A stretch of 64,000 nt of DNA from Planctomycetota bacterium (GCA_036479435.1 JAZGFI010000243.1:1-64000); one strand, 5' to 3'; positions 54,095 to 64,000 are shown, numbered from the stretch's first letter. Notes: a model not told the origin generated them from the sequence alone. Numbers and translations: made by a program.

Positions 54095-55813
54095 TTACTC
54101 CTCCAGTTTCAAAAGCCGTCGGGTGGTCTCTTCATCGATGCCTTGCGGCCCGATGGTGAGGACCCCCATGTCTCGCATCAGCTCAAGGCGAGCGATGCGA
54201 TAATCGATCAACGCGTCGGTTACGGCATTCTGTGCGTCAATCAGGTCGTTTTGTGCGTCAACAAGGTCGATAGTCGTCCCTTCGCCGGCAGCTTTCAAAA
54301 GATTCGCGGCATCCACGTTGGTTTCAGCCACTTTTACCGCCGCGCCTTGGATGCGATTGTCTTCCACTGCCTGGCGCAAATTGCGAAGAGCGGCCCTAAC
54401 CTGTAGCTTGACTTGATCTTCGAACTCTTCGGCATTTCGGCGAGATTGGTCGTAGTTGATCAGGCTGTTGCGGTAGGCATTTCGTTCATCCACCCGCTCA
54501 AAGGGCAAGTCGAGCAAGGCGGAGATGCTGTAGTTGCCATCGCCAAGAAGGTCGATCTTGAAGGTCTCTTCGGCAAAGTCGTTGGAACGCAGTCCCGCGG
54601 TGGCCTGAAAATCGAGGCCTGCTCTCAAAGCATCGATGGCAACAACCACGGTCCGACGTGCATCTTGGACCCGAGCATCGGTGGTGGCGAGATCAAGCCG
54701 GTTCTTCAACCCGTATTTCGTGGCATCCCCTTGCGAGAACTGAAGGTTCTCAGTCCCCGCTTCGCGGAGGCGTTTTAGGTCGATGGGATCGATTTCGAGG
54801 CGCGCGTCAACCGGCAGCCCCAGCGTCAACTTGAACTGATCGAGCGCACTTTCAAACTGCTGCTGAGCCGAGATAAGCCGCGTCTCCGCCGAAAGCACCG
54901 ACTGATTGACTCGCTCCACATCCGTGATCGCGATACGACCGGCCTCGCCAAGGGCACGGTTTTCGACCGCCGTTAGTTCACGGCGTTTCAAGTTGCTTTT
55001 TTCGTTCTCGACGCGTTGCCACGAGCGCAGCAGTTGCAAGTAATTAGAAACAACGCGAACCCCGTAAGTCCGCTTGAAGCGCTCGAAGTCGCGGACCGCG
55101 TAGACGACGTCGCGCTCGGACTGAATGACGTTTTCGTAGGCGATTTCGCGTCCGGCGCCGCGCAAAATTGGCAGCGACAAAGTGAAGTTCAAGAGCGACC
55201 CTGCGACCGATCCGGCGGGGTTGGTCAAAAACCGGGTGAAATCCTCACCGATGTTCAATGAGTAAGAACCGCCACTCTCGATGAGACGGGTGAATCCCAA
55301 AGAGCCGTTTTCTTGCAAAGATGGCGTGGTGTCATTTAAGCCGTCGCCATTGGCGTCGGCACCGACTTCCACCGTCCCAAAATACTGAGAGCTGAAGTTG
55401 TTCCAGTTGCCAGTCAGCGACAAAGCAGAGCCGTAAAGCCGTTCTTTTTCGTCTTGAAACTCGCGGCTGTTTCGGGTGGCGATCAACAGGGCTGTTTCAA
55501 GGTCAACTTTGACCGACTTGCCTCCCCGCGCCAGGCGTTCGGCGGGGCCGGGCTGGCTGTCGTCTGGCCTTGGGAACAACAGGCCATCACGAAGCCGCGG
55601 TCCCATCGAGTCGATCGTGAAAGCGGGATCTGCCGCCTGCCCGGCCACTTTGCGAGCCTCGCCAATGATGGCATAACTTTCCTTGTCGGCCTCGGCGAGG
55701 TGCTCCTCGGGAGTCTTGCAGGAAACCGTCATGGCAAAGACGGCAACCCCAAACCACGCGACGAGTCGAAAACCCGGTCCGAAGCTCCCCGCTCCGGATT
55801 CGAACCATTTCAT
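54095..55813 (-). CDS. TolC-family outer membrane efflux protein
   Basis: Lipobox-like TVSC; LSLPILRGAG, LDQFKLTLGLP and DLVDAQNDL OEP repeats. Confidence 0.88.
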   Translation of the reverse strand: MKWFESGAGSFGPGFRLVAWFGVAVFAMTVSCKTPEEHLAEADKESYAIIGEARKVAGQAADPAFTIDSMGPRLRDGLLFPRPDDSQPGPAERLARGGKSVKVDLETALLIATRNSREFQDEKERLYGSALSLTGNWNNFSSQYFGTVEVGADANGDGLNDTTPSLQENGSLGFTRLIESGGSYSLNIGEDFTRFLTNPAGSVAGSLLNFTLSLPILRGAGREIAYENVIQSERDVVYAVRDFERFKRTYGVRVVSNYLQLLRSWQRVENEKSNLKRRELTAVENRALGEAGRIAITDVERVNQSVLSAETRLISAQQQFESALDQFKLTLGLPVDARLEIDPIDLKRLREAGTENLQFSQGDATKYGLKNRLDLATTDARVQDARRTVVVAIDALRAGLDFQATAGLRSNDFAEETFKIDLLGDGNYSISALLDLPFERVDERNAYRNSLINYDQSRRNAEEFEDQVKLQVRAALRNLRQAVEDNRIQGAAVKVAETNVDAANLLKAAGEGTTIDLVDAQNDLIDAQNAVTDALIDYRIARLELMRDMGVLTIGPQGIDEETTRRLLKLEE

Positions 55814-56057
55814 TGCGAAACCCCTGGCGCCCGGAAGGCCTTTGAGTCGATCTGAATCGTCTCGCAAGGTCGTCCACTCATTCGAAACTTTTTGATCGTT
55901 CAAAACGGCAAGCAAAGCCGAGAACTACACTTCATTCTCGCCACCACGCTCTACGCCAGAGCTGCCAAAAGCATTCGCTCAATTCTCGCAAGATCCCGGC
56001 GCGCGGAGTCTTAGCCTGCTTTTGCCCCTGCCTTCAAGCATTTGTCCTGAGACAAAG

Positions 56058-57092
56058 CTATTGAGAACTATTCTCAACGCCGCGCAGGCGCTCGAACAAA
56101 GCCACGCACAAGATCGGCAAGGCAATGGTGGCATCGCAGCTGACTTCGGCGAAACAGGCACCAGGGCCATACTTCCCCCAGGATTTGCTCTCACTCATCG
56201 TGCAGCCCGACATCCCGCCGTAGACGACGTTGTCGGTGCAAATCCGAACGCCAAAGTCATAGCCCGGAAAAATCTCGTCCTCGATCATGTCCAGGAGCGG
56301 GAAAACTTGTTGCGCCCAATTTCTTGGCACGCCGCCGCCCACGATAATAGTGCCCCGCTCGGCGTGGCTTTTGATCCACTCCGCCATTTCAAACAAGTCG
56401 AGCTGCTCGTCCAGGACCAAGTTGAGCCAACCTCGATGCCGAAATTTGGCGAGATTCAGGCAAAACTCAGAATCACTGGTCGCGCCGCAGAAGATCGGCG
56501 TCTCCGTCTCGTAGGCCACTGACATCATCGACCGATATCCGCGTTCCGATAGCCCCGCCCCGGTGAGTCGAAAGACCTCACTAGGCGCCAAGAGCATGGC
56601 GCCGGGCACAGCCTTTTTGCTGTGCTCAGCTTGAATCGGTCGCCAGATCTCGTCCAAGAGTTCTTCGCCAGCTCCGTAGTTTTCCTCCGGCAAATTGGTG
56701 TCGTAGATGCGGTTGATGCGGTGCCGATAGAGCTCGTCATCGTCGGCATTGGGGTCACCGAGGTAGTGCCCGTGCCCTCCCTTGGCCGCATTGACCATGT
56801 CGTGGCTGATGTTCGCGCCGGTCGAGACAATGGCCTGAATGACGCCACGTTCCATAAGGCGGCATACGATCTCACCCATACCGGCCGGAATCATCGCTCC
56901 CGCAAAGGTCAAGACCACGCCGCATTGCTTACGGGTTGCCATCGTCTCCAAAACGTCCAAGGCGATCGACAGGGCCCGCCCTTGGAAGCTGCAATCACCA
57001 AGAGCGGTCAAGATGTCATTGGCGGACCGCGCCTTCTCGGGATCAAAGGGGATGACGGGTCGTGCGGTGTGTTTGGCCGGGCGATCGTTCAC
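56058..57092 (-). CDS. Deoxyhypusine synthase-like protein (probable polyamine/homospermidine synthesis)
   Basis: AGAMIPAG, VSTGANISHD, INRIYD, GGGVPRN, GGMSGC..SESKSWGK (catalytic Lys) and DATIALP. Confidence 0.9.
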   Translation of the reverse strand: MNDRPAKHTARPVIPFDPEKARSANDILTALGDCSFQGRALSIALDVLETMATRKQCGVVLTFAGAMIPAGMGEIVCRLMERGVIQAIVSTGANISHDMVNAAKGGHGHYLGDPNADDDELYRHRINRIYDTNLPEENYGAGEELLDEIWRPIQAEHSKKAVPGAMLLAPSEVFRLTGAGLSERGYRSMMSVAYETETPIFCGATSDSEFCLNLAKFRHRGWLNLVLDEQLDLFEMAEWIKSHAERGTIIVGGGVPRNWAQQVFPLLDMIEDEIFPGYDFGVRICTDNVVYGGMSGCTMSESKSWGKYGPGACFAEVSCDATIALPILCVALFERLRGVENSSQ

Positions 57093-57703
57093 AGACTAGA
57101 CCTCTCAGAAGAAGCAAAGAACAGTTTGTCCCAGCCCAAGCGCCGCAATGCCGCGGCAAGCTCGAACATGGGCAGTCCGAGGACAGTAAAGTGGCTGCCC
57201 TTGATCCCGCGCAGAATGTGAATGCCGCGGTCTTCAAGTCGGTAGCCTCCGGCGCAGCCGATTCCCTCTCTCGTGGCGGCGTACGCGAGCAGCTCCTCTT
57301 CGCTCAGGTCGTAAAGCTGTACTTCAGCGTGGCAGACTTCTTCATGCACGACTTTCCGCCCCCGAACCAAGGCCAGGCCACAGTGAAAACGATGGGATTT
57401 TCCGTTGATGAGGCGTAATTGATCGCGCAGCGCCTCATCCGATTCAGGTTTTGATCGGACCTCGCCTTCGAAGGCAAAAACTTGGTCTGACCCGAGCACC
57501 AAAGCGTCGGGGAATTGGCTGGCGACCTCGAGGGCTTTGTCACGAGCCAAGATTGCCGCGCGGCGGTCGGGGTCGGACTCTATGCAGGCTTCCTCATCGA
57601 GCGTCGCCGCCACCGCTGTGAACTCATAGCCAGCGGCCTTTAGCAAGTCCTTGCGAATCTGAGATCCTGAGGCCAACACGAAATTCTTGGGAGCTTGATC
57701 CAT
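57089..57703 (-). CDS. maf: Maf family nucleotide pyrophosphatase
   Basis: VLASGSQIR, LGSDQV, KP, CAGGY and TVLGLP; the DQ motif suggests the YceF-like subgroup. Confidence 0.9.
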   Translation of the reverse strand: MDQAPKNFVLASGSQIRKDLLKAAGYEFTAVAATLDEEACIESDPDRRAAILARDKALEVASQFPDALVLGSDQVFAFEGEVRSKPESDEALRDQLRLINGKSHRFHCGLALVRGRKVVHEEVCHAEVQLYDLSEEELLAYAATREGIGCAGGYRLEDRGIHILRGIKGSHFTVLGLPMFELAAALRRLGWDKLFFASSERSSL

Positions 57704-57804
57704 ACCTTCTTGCACCTTGTCTGTGACCCCGGGCCAGGGCATTCTGTTCCCGGGCAGCAGCGCCGTCAACGCGAACTGCCAAAGTCGGGGGGAGAGAACA
57801 GTCA

Positions 57805-58905
57805 ATGGGTCAGCAACGTCACCGCCACCGCCACCGCCATACCGTGGCCATCAACACCGGGGGTGGCGATTGCCCGGGCCTCAATGCCGTCATCCGTGCG
57901 GTCGTGAAGCGCGGGCAGCTTGAGCTGGGTTGGAAGATCATCGGGATCGAAGACTCCTTTGATGGCCTCCTCAGCGACGAAATGCGGGTGCGCGAACTCG
58001 ACCGCGCCAGCATTGCCGGCGCCTTGACCAAAGGTGGCACGATTCTCGGCAGTACCAACCGCGGCAATCCCTTTAGGTACGGTCGCAGGGATGGCAACGC
58101 CATCGACCTTTCAAAGCGCGTCGCAACCAGGCTTAAGGAACTCGGCTGTGAAGGCCTCATCGCTCTGGGCGGAGACGGCACGATGGCCATTTGCCACGAG
58201 CTGTCTCAGCGCACGGGGGTCAAGATCGTGGGTGTCCCCAAGACCATCGACAACGACCTGACCGGCACTGACACCACTTTTGGGTTTAACAGCGCCGTCG
58301 AGTTCGCGACCCAGGCTGTCGACCGCTTACACAGCACCGCTGAGAGCCACGATCGTATCATGGTGGTTGAGGTCATGGGTCGCAACGCAGGGTTCATTGC
58401 CCTTCACTGCGGGGTCGCGGGCGGGGCCGACGCCATTCTAATCCCCGAGGTACCCTTTGACCTGCGCGCGGTTGCCAACAAAATTCTAGAACGCAAGGCC
58501 ATGGGGCGCTACTTTTCGATCATCGTGGTTTCGGAGGGAGCGCGCGCCAAAGGTAGCGAGCCGTCCGATTCCAAAAGCCTTCGCCTCCGCAGTATCGGCC
58601 GCAGCGTCGCCGCCGAGCTGTCGGAGATGACGGGAATCGAATCGCGCGACACCGTGCTGGGCTATTTGCTCCGCGGCGGCATCCCCTCGGCTTACGACCG
58701 CATCTTGGCAACGCGCCTGGGGAATCACGCCTGTAGCTTGGTCGAAGCTGGAAACTGGGATCGCATGGTCGCCATCCACGCGAACGAAATGTCGAGCGTT
58801 TCGCTCGTTGAAGCCGCCAGCGGCACCAAGCAAGTCGACCTTGGTGGCGATCTGGTGGCTACCGCGCGAGGGGTCGGGATCGTCTTTGGAGATGAGGAAA
58901 TCTAG
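57805..58905 (+). CDS. pfkA: 6-phosphofructokinase (PfkA family, group III-like, likely ATP-dependent)
   Basis: TGGGDCPGLN, GGTILGS, GGDG, PKTIDND and EVMGR. Confidence 0.93.
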   Translation: MGQQRHRHRHRHTVAINTGGGDCPGLNAVIRAVVKRGQLELGWKIIGIEDSFDGLLSDEMRVRELDRASIAGALTKGGTILGSTNRGNPFRYGRRDGNAIDLSKRVATRLKELGCEGLIALGGDGTMAICHELSQRTGVKIVGVPKTIDNDLTGTDTTFGFNSAVEFATQAVDRLHSTAESHDRIMVVEVMGRNAGFIALHCGVAGGADAILIPEVPFDLRAVANKILERKAMGRYFSIIVVSEGARAKGSEPSDSKSLRLRSIGRSVAAELSEMTGIESRDTVLGYLLRGGIPSAYDRILATRLGNHACSLVEAGNWDRMVAIHANEMSSVSLVEAASGTKQVDLGGDLVATARGVGIVFGDEEI

Positions 58906-58906
58906 C

Positions 58907-59482
58907 ATGAACACTTGTCGCCAACCTGTATCCCTGGTGTTTTTGGCCCTGCTGTTTGCCGTCGCGCTTTGTGCCTCTTGCGGCAAAAAAGAAGAATCCG
59001 ACGCCGAACCAAAAATGCAGAATGGTTCTGCAGGTTCATCCCAGCCCACGGGGAAGAAGGATAAGCTCAAGGCCCCGGCGCGCGGACCCAATGAGCCCGA
59101 TCGCGTCACCCTAAAGTTACTGGTCTTGCCCTGCGAAGGCGGTCGTTTGGGACTCGTCGAACCCAGGCCGACTAGTTTTGAAGCACGAGCACTCGCCGCA
59201 TCGCTCAAGACAAGCCTCGAGACTAGCGATGATGTGTCCGCCGAGTTCGACACCCTCGCCTTGCAATACTCAGCTGACCCGGATGTGAAGACCTCTAAAG
59301 GTATTCGCACCCTCACCAACTGGGGCGTCGAACCCGACACCGACAACCATGAACGGGCCCGCGCCGCGATGCCAGCGATTGCGGATCAAGCTTTCAAAAT
59401 GCCAGTTGGAAGCATCGCCATCATTGATCTGGACGAAAAGATGAACCCCCTTGGCATCGTCTTGGTGTTCCGCAGCAAGTAA
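58907..59482 (+). CDS. Lipoprotein with degenerate parvulin/rotamase-like domain
   Basis: Lipobox CASC; FDTLALQYSADP...G and AFKMPVGSI match the parvulin core. Confidence 0.6.
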   Translation: MNTCRQPVSLVFLALLFAVALCASCGKKEESDAEPKMQNGSAGSSQPTGKKDKLKAPARGPNEPDRVTLKLLVLPCEGGRLGLVEPRPTSFEARALAASLKTSLETSDDVSAEFDTLALQYSADPDVKTSKGIRTLTNWGVEPDTDNHERARAAMPAIADQAFKMPVGSIAIIDLDEKMNPLGIVLVFRSK

Positions 59483-59502
59483 CCGCTTAGAGCCTGAGCC
59501 AC

Positions 59503-60216
59503 ATGAATCAAGAAAGCAAACGCGAGCGATCCTCATGGACGCGCGTCTTCGAGTTGTTCCGCGACGGTCAGCGCCTCGAAAGCGTCATGTCCGGGTGGCG
59601 CGTCACCGAAGAACAGATCGCCGAGTATCTCATCGCGGGGCACCGCGCGGGGGAGAAAGTCGAGCCGGCTTGGGTCTTGCCACCCAAAATCCGCGACCGC
59701 GTCATGGAGTTCATCCAAGGCCGCGCAGACCTCAGCCCGACGCAGATCTCCAGTATGGTGCAAGGTCGGGTGAAGCCCGCGATCATCCGTGCCTTGCGTC
59801 AAATTTCGCAGGGCATGAGCTTCGATACCCGTCTTTACAACGAGTCGACTTTCTTCGAGAAATTCCACGACGACCTCGCCGGAGCGACCCGAGAGATCAT
59901 CGTTGTCGCCAGCGAGATCAAGGGCCAACACTGGCGCAAGCACGCCGCCGCCTTTTTGGGCCTTGTGCGCCGCGAGGGCCAGGTTGGATTCTTCTCCGGC
60001 CGTATTTCGGAGCTACTTGAGGATTCTCTTCGCGATGCCGGTATTGTGCTCATCGAAAAGCACTCACATGCGAACTTAGTACTCATCGACAATCAGATTC
60101 TTTGGGAGGGCAGCATGAACTTCCTTCTACCGCCTCAAGGAGACGAGCATGTCCGCCGCAGCGAGAGTCGCCTTCAAGTCGAGGAAGTGAAGGATCTAAA
60201 CGATCTGTTCCTTTAG
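59503..60216 (+). CDS. HTH (RecQ C-terminal HTH_40-like) fused to a single PLD-like domain
   Basis: VFELFRDGQRLE...IAEYL HTH; LYNESTFF..F..DL..A..EI and HANLVLIDNQILWEGSMN. Confidence 0.65.
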   Translation: MNQESKRERSSWTRVFELFRDGQRLESVMSGWRVTEEQIAEYLIAGHRAGEKVEPAWVLPPKIRDRVMEFIQGRADLSPTQISSMVQGRVKPAIIRALRQISQGMSFDTRLYNESTFFEKFHDDLAGATREIIVVASEIKGQHWRKHAAAFLGLVRREGQVGFFSGRISELLEDSLRDAGIVLIEKHSHANLVLIDNQILWEGSMNFLLPPQGDEHVRRSESRLQVEEVKDLNDLFL

Positions 60217-60470
60217 GGCTCAGTCAAGAATAGCTTCACATTCTCGCCGCTCAGCATCACGCCATCTTCGGTCCGTGCTCAATCGCGAGAATCCTCGAAT
60301 ACAGGAAGTATGCTGCGGTTCTCGCTCAATCGCCCGAACCGAATCTGACGCAAATCTGAGTGCGAACTCTGCGAACTTATTCTTGACCGAGCCCTTAGTT
60401 GGTGGGTCGCCAAGCAAATTCGTGACATAATCCCAAGCTCTACCGATCCCCGCCGCCGAGGAGTTGCCCT

Positions 60471-61502
60471 TTGGAACAGCCCTACTCCAACACTTTCGCC
60501 GAAACCAGCATGGTTTCGCTGCAAGAGCACATCATGGATCAGCAGGCCCACCACCCCACCGCCACGGGTGATTTTACCTTTTTGTTGTCCGGCATCGCCA
60601 AGGCGACACGCTTCATATCGGCAAAAGTTCGGCGCGCGGGATTGGTCGACATCCTCGGTGCGACCGGTGATGTCAACGTCCAAGACGAAGAAGTCCAAAA
60701 ACTCGACATCTTCGCCAACGACTTGTTGATCAAATGCCTCGCCTACCGTGGCAATGTCGGCATCCTCGCCAGCGAAGAAAACGAAGAGCCAGTGGTGCTG
60801 CACAACGCGGGAGCTAACGGCCGCTACATCGTCCTTTTTGATCCGCTTGACGGTTCAAGCAACATCGATGTGAACGCCACCGTGGGCACCATTTTTTCGA
60901 TCCTAAAACGGCAAGAACCTGGTTTCGGAGAGCGCGACGCGATGACGGACCTCCTCCAGCCAGGGGTCAAGCAAATAGCTGCGGGCTATGTCATCTACGG
61001 GTCGGCGACGGTCTTTTGCTACACGACCGGTCAAGGCGTTCATCTGTTCACTTTAGACCCAACAACGGGCACCTACATTCTCCACGCCGAAAACCGAAAG
61101 ATGCCCGACCGCGGCGCCATTTATTCGGTAAATGAAGCGAACTTCCCAACCTTTCCCGCCGAAATCCAGGCCTACCTGAAGGCTGTCAAGAGCGGTAAAG
61201 AACACAGCTACACCTCGCGCTACATTGGTTCTTTCGTCGCGGACTTCCACCGCACCCTGCTAAAAGGCGGCGTCTTTCTTTATCCGACGACTCAAAAAGC
61301 ACCGGGCGGAAAACTCCGCCTCTTGTACGAAGCCAATCCCATGGCTTTCATCGCCGAACAAGCGGGCGGTTTGGCTACCGACGGCAAACAACGCATTCTC
61401 GACATCATGCCCAGCGCTCTGCACCAAAGGACGCCGCTCATCATCGGCTCCAAGGACGACGTCAACGATGCGATTGCTTTTTGCTCAGGAGAACGCAAGT
61501 AA
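60471..61502 (+). CDS. fbp: Fructose-1,6-bisphosphatase class 1
   Basis: VQKLD, ASEE, FDPLDGSSNID, RYIGSFVADFHR and GKLRLLYEANP; GAGGAG RBS before the TTG. Confidence 0.96.
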   Translation: MEQPYSNTFAETSMVSLQEHIMDQQAHHPTATGDFTFLLSGIAKATRFISAKVRRAGLVDILGATGDVNVQDEEVQKLDIFANDLLIKCLAYRGNVGILASEENEEPVVLHNAGANGRYIVLFDPLDGSSNIDVNATVGTIFSILKRQEPGFGERDAMTDLLQPGVKQIAAGYVIYGSATVFCYTTGQGVHLFTLDPTTGTYILHAENRKMPDRGAIYSVNEANFPTFPAEIQAYLKAVKSGKEHSYTSRYIGSFVADFHRTLLKGGVFLYPTTQKAPGGKLRLLYEANPMAFIAEQAGGLATDGKQRILDIMPSALHQRTPLIIGSKDDVNDAIAFCSGERK

Positions 61503-61523
61503 CGGCGCAACGCTCTAAAGCCA

Positions 61524-62558
61524 TTACTTGTCTTCGGACCAGCGCTCGTTGGCTTTGCGGTAATCATCGGGCAGACCGATGTCGCACCAGTACTCGTACA
61601 TGGGGAAGGCCTCGACGCGATCGCCACTGGCGATCAAGTCTTGGATGAGCATGGTCATGTCGAGGTATCGCTTGGCGGGGATGCGCCCGACGATCTCACC
61701 CTGCATGAGGTAGATGCCGGCGTTGGTCCACCAAGTCGCGAGCGGTTTTTCTTGGAGCGAAGCCACGCGGTCGCCAACGAGTTGAAGGACCCCGTAAGGC
61801 ACTGCGTGGTGATAAGCGCGGGTAGCAACGGTGACGGCATTCGATGCACGATGATGGGCCAAAGCGAAAGCGGCAAGATCAAGTTCGGACATGACGTCGC
61901 CGTTCATGACCAACAAAGGCTCATCTTCAGCTCGCTCCAACATGCCCATCGCCCCGGCCGTTCCGAGCGGTTTTTCTTCGCGGAGATATTGGATCTTGAG
62001 TCCGAACTCGGCGCCGTCCGCGAAATAAGACTCGATTTGTTCCGCCCGGTATCCGAGCGCCATGCTGACTTCCTGGACGCCGTATTTCGCAAGCTGCCGG
62101 ACGATGTGTTCGAGGATCGGTCGACCCCCGATGGGCAATAAGGGTTTCGGCGTTTGCTCGGTAAGCGGACGCAATCGCTGCCCCTCTCCCCCGACCATGA
62201 GTATCGCGCGCCTCACCTGTGATACCGCAGAAAACAGCCCCTTTCGGTCTTGGCAGGCAACGAGTCGCCCCTCCTCAACTTGGACCAAATAGTCCTCGCC
62301 GCTGCTGTCGAGAGCTTTGCGAGCCTCATCAGGAGCGAGCTCGCAGGCAGCAACCTGCGCCGGCTGTACCATGACATCTCGCAGCGAGGCTCCCATCGGC
62401 AAGCCTGCGCGCATCGCGCGACGAAGCTCAGCGTCACCAATTAAGCCTTGGAACTGGCCAGAGTCGTCGGCCACCGCGAGCAAGGGATTTCCCTGATCAA
62501 AGACCCTCTTGGCGTCAGCGAGGGTGCCAGCTTGGTTGATCTGAGTGATGGGGCTCAT
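61524..62558 (-). CDS. CBS-pair + sugar-phosphate nucleotidyltransferase
   Basis: GGEGQRLRPLT..PKPLL, EEKPLGTAG, VMNGD, EKP and WCDIG; degenerate CBS N-terminus. Confidence 0.88.
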   Translation of the reverse strand: MSPITQINQAGTLADAKRVFDQGNPLLAVADDSGQFQGLIGDAELRRAMRAGLPMGASLRDVMVQPAQVAACELAPDEARKALDSSGEDYLVQVEEGRLVACQDRKGLFSAVSQVRRAILMVGGEGQRLRPLTEQTPKPLLPIGGRPILEHIVRQLAKYGVQEVSMALGYRAEQIESYFADGAEFGLKIQYLREEKPLGTAGAMGMLERAEDEPLLVMNGDVMSELDLAAFALAHHRASNAVTVATRAYHHAVPYGVLQLVGDRVASLQEKPLATWWTNAGIYLMQGEIVGRIPAKRYLDMTMLIQDLIASGDRVEAFPMYEYWCDIGLPDDYRKANERWSEDK

Positions 62559-62623
62559 AGTTTCTCTATCGGTTGCCAGGGGCACATCATAGAATCCACA
62601 AGAGTTTGGCCCAGGAATCTGCC

Positions 62624-63721
62624 ATGAAAACCCGTTTTCGATGTATCATTTTTTTGCTGACCGTCTCTGTGGGCCCGCTTTGGGCCCAAGGAGGCGACGA
62701 AAAGCCCGTTTCGGGCAAGAAGTTGGACCCCAGGGTCCTGAATAACGCTAGCACGCCCTTAGAGGCGAGGTTTCCGGACGGCCTCGGCCCCTTGCGCCGA
62801 GAGAACGTGGAACTCGTCCGCGACGGCATTGCCGCCCTCAACTTTCAGCGTTTCGTTGCCGATCGACCTGGAGAAATGAGCGCTGAAATTTCGCTCATCC
62901 CCATTGGCAAGCGCAAGGACTTCCGTACCAATCCCCGCCGCCGCTTGAGAGCTATGGCGGACCTGATGGGACAAGACAAGAAGTCTCGCAACCGCAGCGA
63001 AGCCTGGTTTTGGCACCGCGGATTCCCCGCACTGCGAATTCGATTCCAGGTCGCGACGGTTTCCCCGAAAAAGAGTGATTCGAAGCCCGATTCCGTGAGC
63101 CACCACCGAGTGGACTTGATTCACTACCCTCAAGGCGTTGCCTTTCTCCAGGTCATCACGAGTATCGCTGACGGCCAAGACCGCGGGGATGTCGCGTCGT
63201 TTTTCGCAAAACACCGACACCGGAGCGCCAAAGCACCCGCGGATTTCGTCTTTGAGTCTCCGGGGGCCAGATTGAATTATTGCGCGGAAACGACTTTTGA
63301 CGCACTGGATGGAATCCTTCGACTGGGCGGCAAGCAAGGTCGCTGGGGGCTTGCGGTCACCGAGTTTGAGACGCGATCGACTCTGAGCCCACTTGAGGAA
63401 CTGGCCACCATCCTCGCCGAGGCCATTGCAAGCCGAGGAGCCCTCAAAGTCATCAAAGGCCCAGAATGTGTGGATCCTGGCCCCAAAGGCGTCACTCGGC
63501 ACCGCCTTGACTACTTAGAACCTCAAGCCGGCGGCCCCCCAATCCACCGGGTCTTCATCTATCTTCAGTGCAACAAAACCCGCACTTTGCTGTCGGCGTT
63601 CTCGCCGACGATGATAGTTGAGAGAACTGGGCGGCGACCTTACTACCGACTGGCGCCGGGTTTGGTCGTACCTCTTGGTACCTTTGAGCGCTTAAATGCG
63701 ACGCCAAAAGAGGATGGCTGA
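62624..63721 (+). CDS. Hypothetical secreted protein
   Basis: Signal peptide ending LWA-Q; long ORF with no recognised motif. Confidence 0.6.
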   Translation: MKTRFRCIIFLLTVSVGPLWAQGGDEKPVSGKKLDPRVLNNASTPLEARFPDGLGPLRRENVELVRDGIAALNFQRFVADRPGEMSAEISLIPIGKRKDFRTNPRRRLRAMADLMGQDKKSRNRSEAWFWHRGFPALRIRFQVATVSPKKSDSKPDSVSHHRVDLIHYPQGVAFLQVITSIADGQDRGDVASFFAKHRHRSAKAPADFVFESPGARLNYCAETTFDALDGILRLGGKQGRWGLAVTEFETRSTLSPLEELATILAEAIASRGALKVIKGPECVDPGPKGVTRHRLDYLEPQAGGPPIHRVFIYLQCNKTRTLLSAFSPTMIVERTGRRPYYRLAPGLVVPLGTFERLNATPKEDG

Positions 63722-63766
63722 TTTTTTGATCGAGAGTCTTCTTTTGATCGAATCGACAACGGCGCT

Positions 63767-64000
63767 CTATGATTCAATGGTAGCCGTCCAAAGGACCACA
63801 GAATGCTTAGTGTCAACGTAGAATCCGAGTTCGATACGGAACTCCTCGAGGAGGCCATTGAACTCCTCGTTCGTGCCGTCGCAGGCTCGCCAGACAATCT
63901 TAGGTATCACCGCGTACTCGGTGAGGCCTACATGGCCCAACGCAAATGGCAGCTCGCGCTCGATCAAATGTTGGTGGTCCACGACCGCGAACGAGACAAA
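63767..64000 (-). CDS. Hypothetical protein, 3' part (probably begins beyond the window)
   Basis: Frame is open from the window end to the stop at 63767. Confidence 0.4.
   Translation of the reverse strand, partial: FVSFAVVDHQHLIERELPFALGHVGLTEYAVIPKIVWRACDGTNEEFNGLLEEFRIELGFYVDTKHSVVLWTATIES

Overview
GC-rich bacterial chromosomal window. The gene repertoire (FG-GAP surface proteins with a recurring terminal beta domain, GALA-like LRR protein, EboF-like phosphodiesterase) suggests an uncultured Planctomycetota-type organism; this is inference. Most of it is housekeeping: nrdJ-dcd with two NrdR boxes, mdh, a leucine-catabolism (liu/MCC) cluster, a DEAD-box helicase, mltA, a YitJ-type homocysteine methyltransferase/MTHFR, udk, truB, acs, a MacAB-TolC-type exporter, a deoxyhypusine synthase-like gene, maf, pfk and fbp. 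Two accessory zones stand out. (1) 1-5944: nested, oppositely oriented IS66 elements truncate one of two tandem FG-GAP paralogues. Upstream is a secreted AA5 copper radical oxidase gene whose RBS-linked ATG is put out of frame by a 5x7-bp repeat, a candidate phase-variation switch in the OFF state. (2) about 32150-41200: decayed genes, an IS3 remnant, an antitoxin with a stub toxin, and a translationally coupled HopA1-like/LanC-like pair. That pair resembles class V lanthipeptide machinery but has no intact kinase, no visible precursor and altered catalytic motifs. Other oddities: a secreted protein with a BPI/LBP(TULIP)-like region, an HTH-PLD-like fusion with an HxN motif, a uridine kinase with Walker A K->E, and a compact structured intergenic RNA candidate. 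All family calls come from motif recognition by eye; no searches were run.
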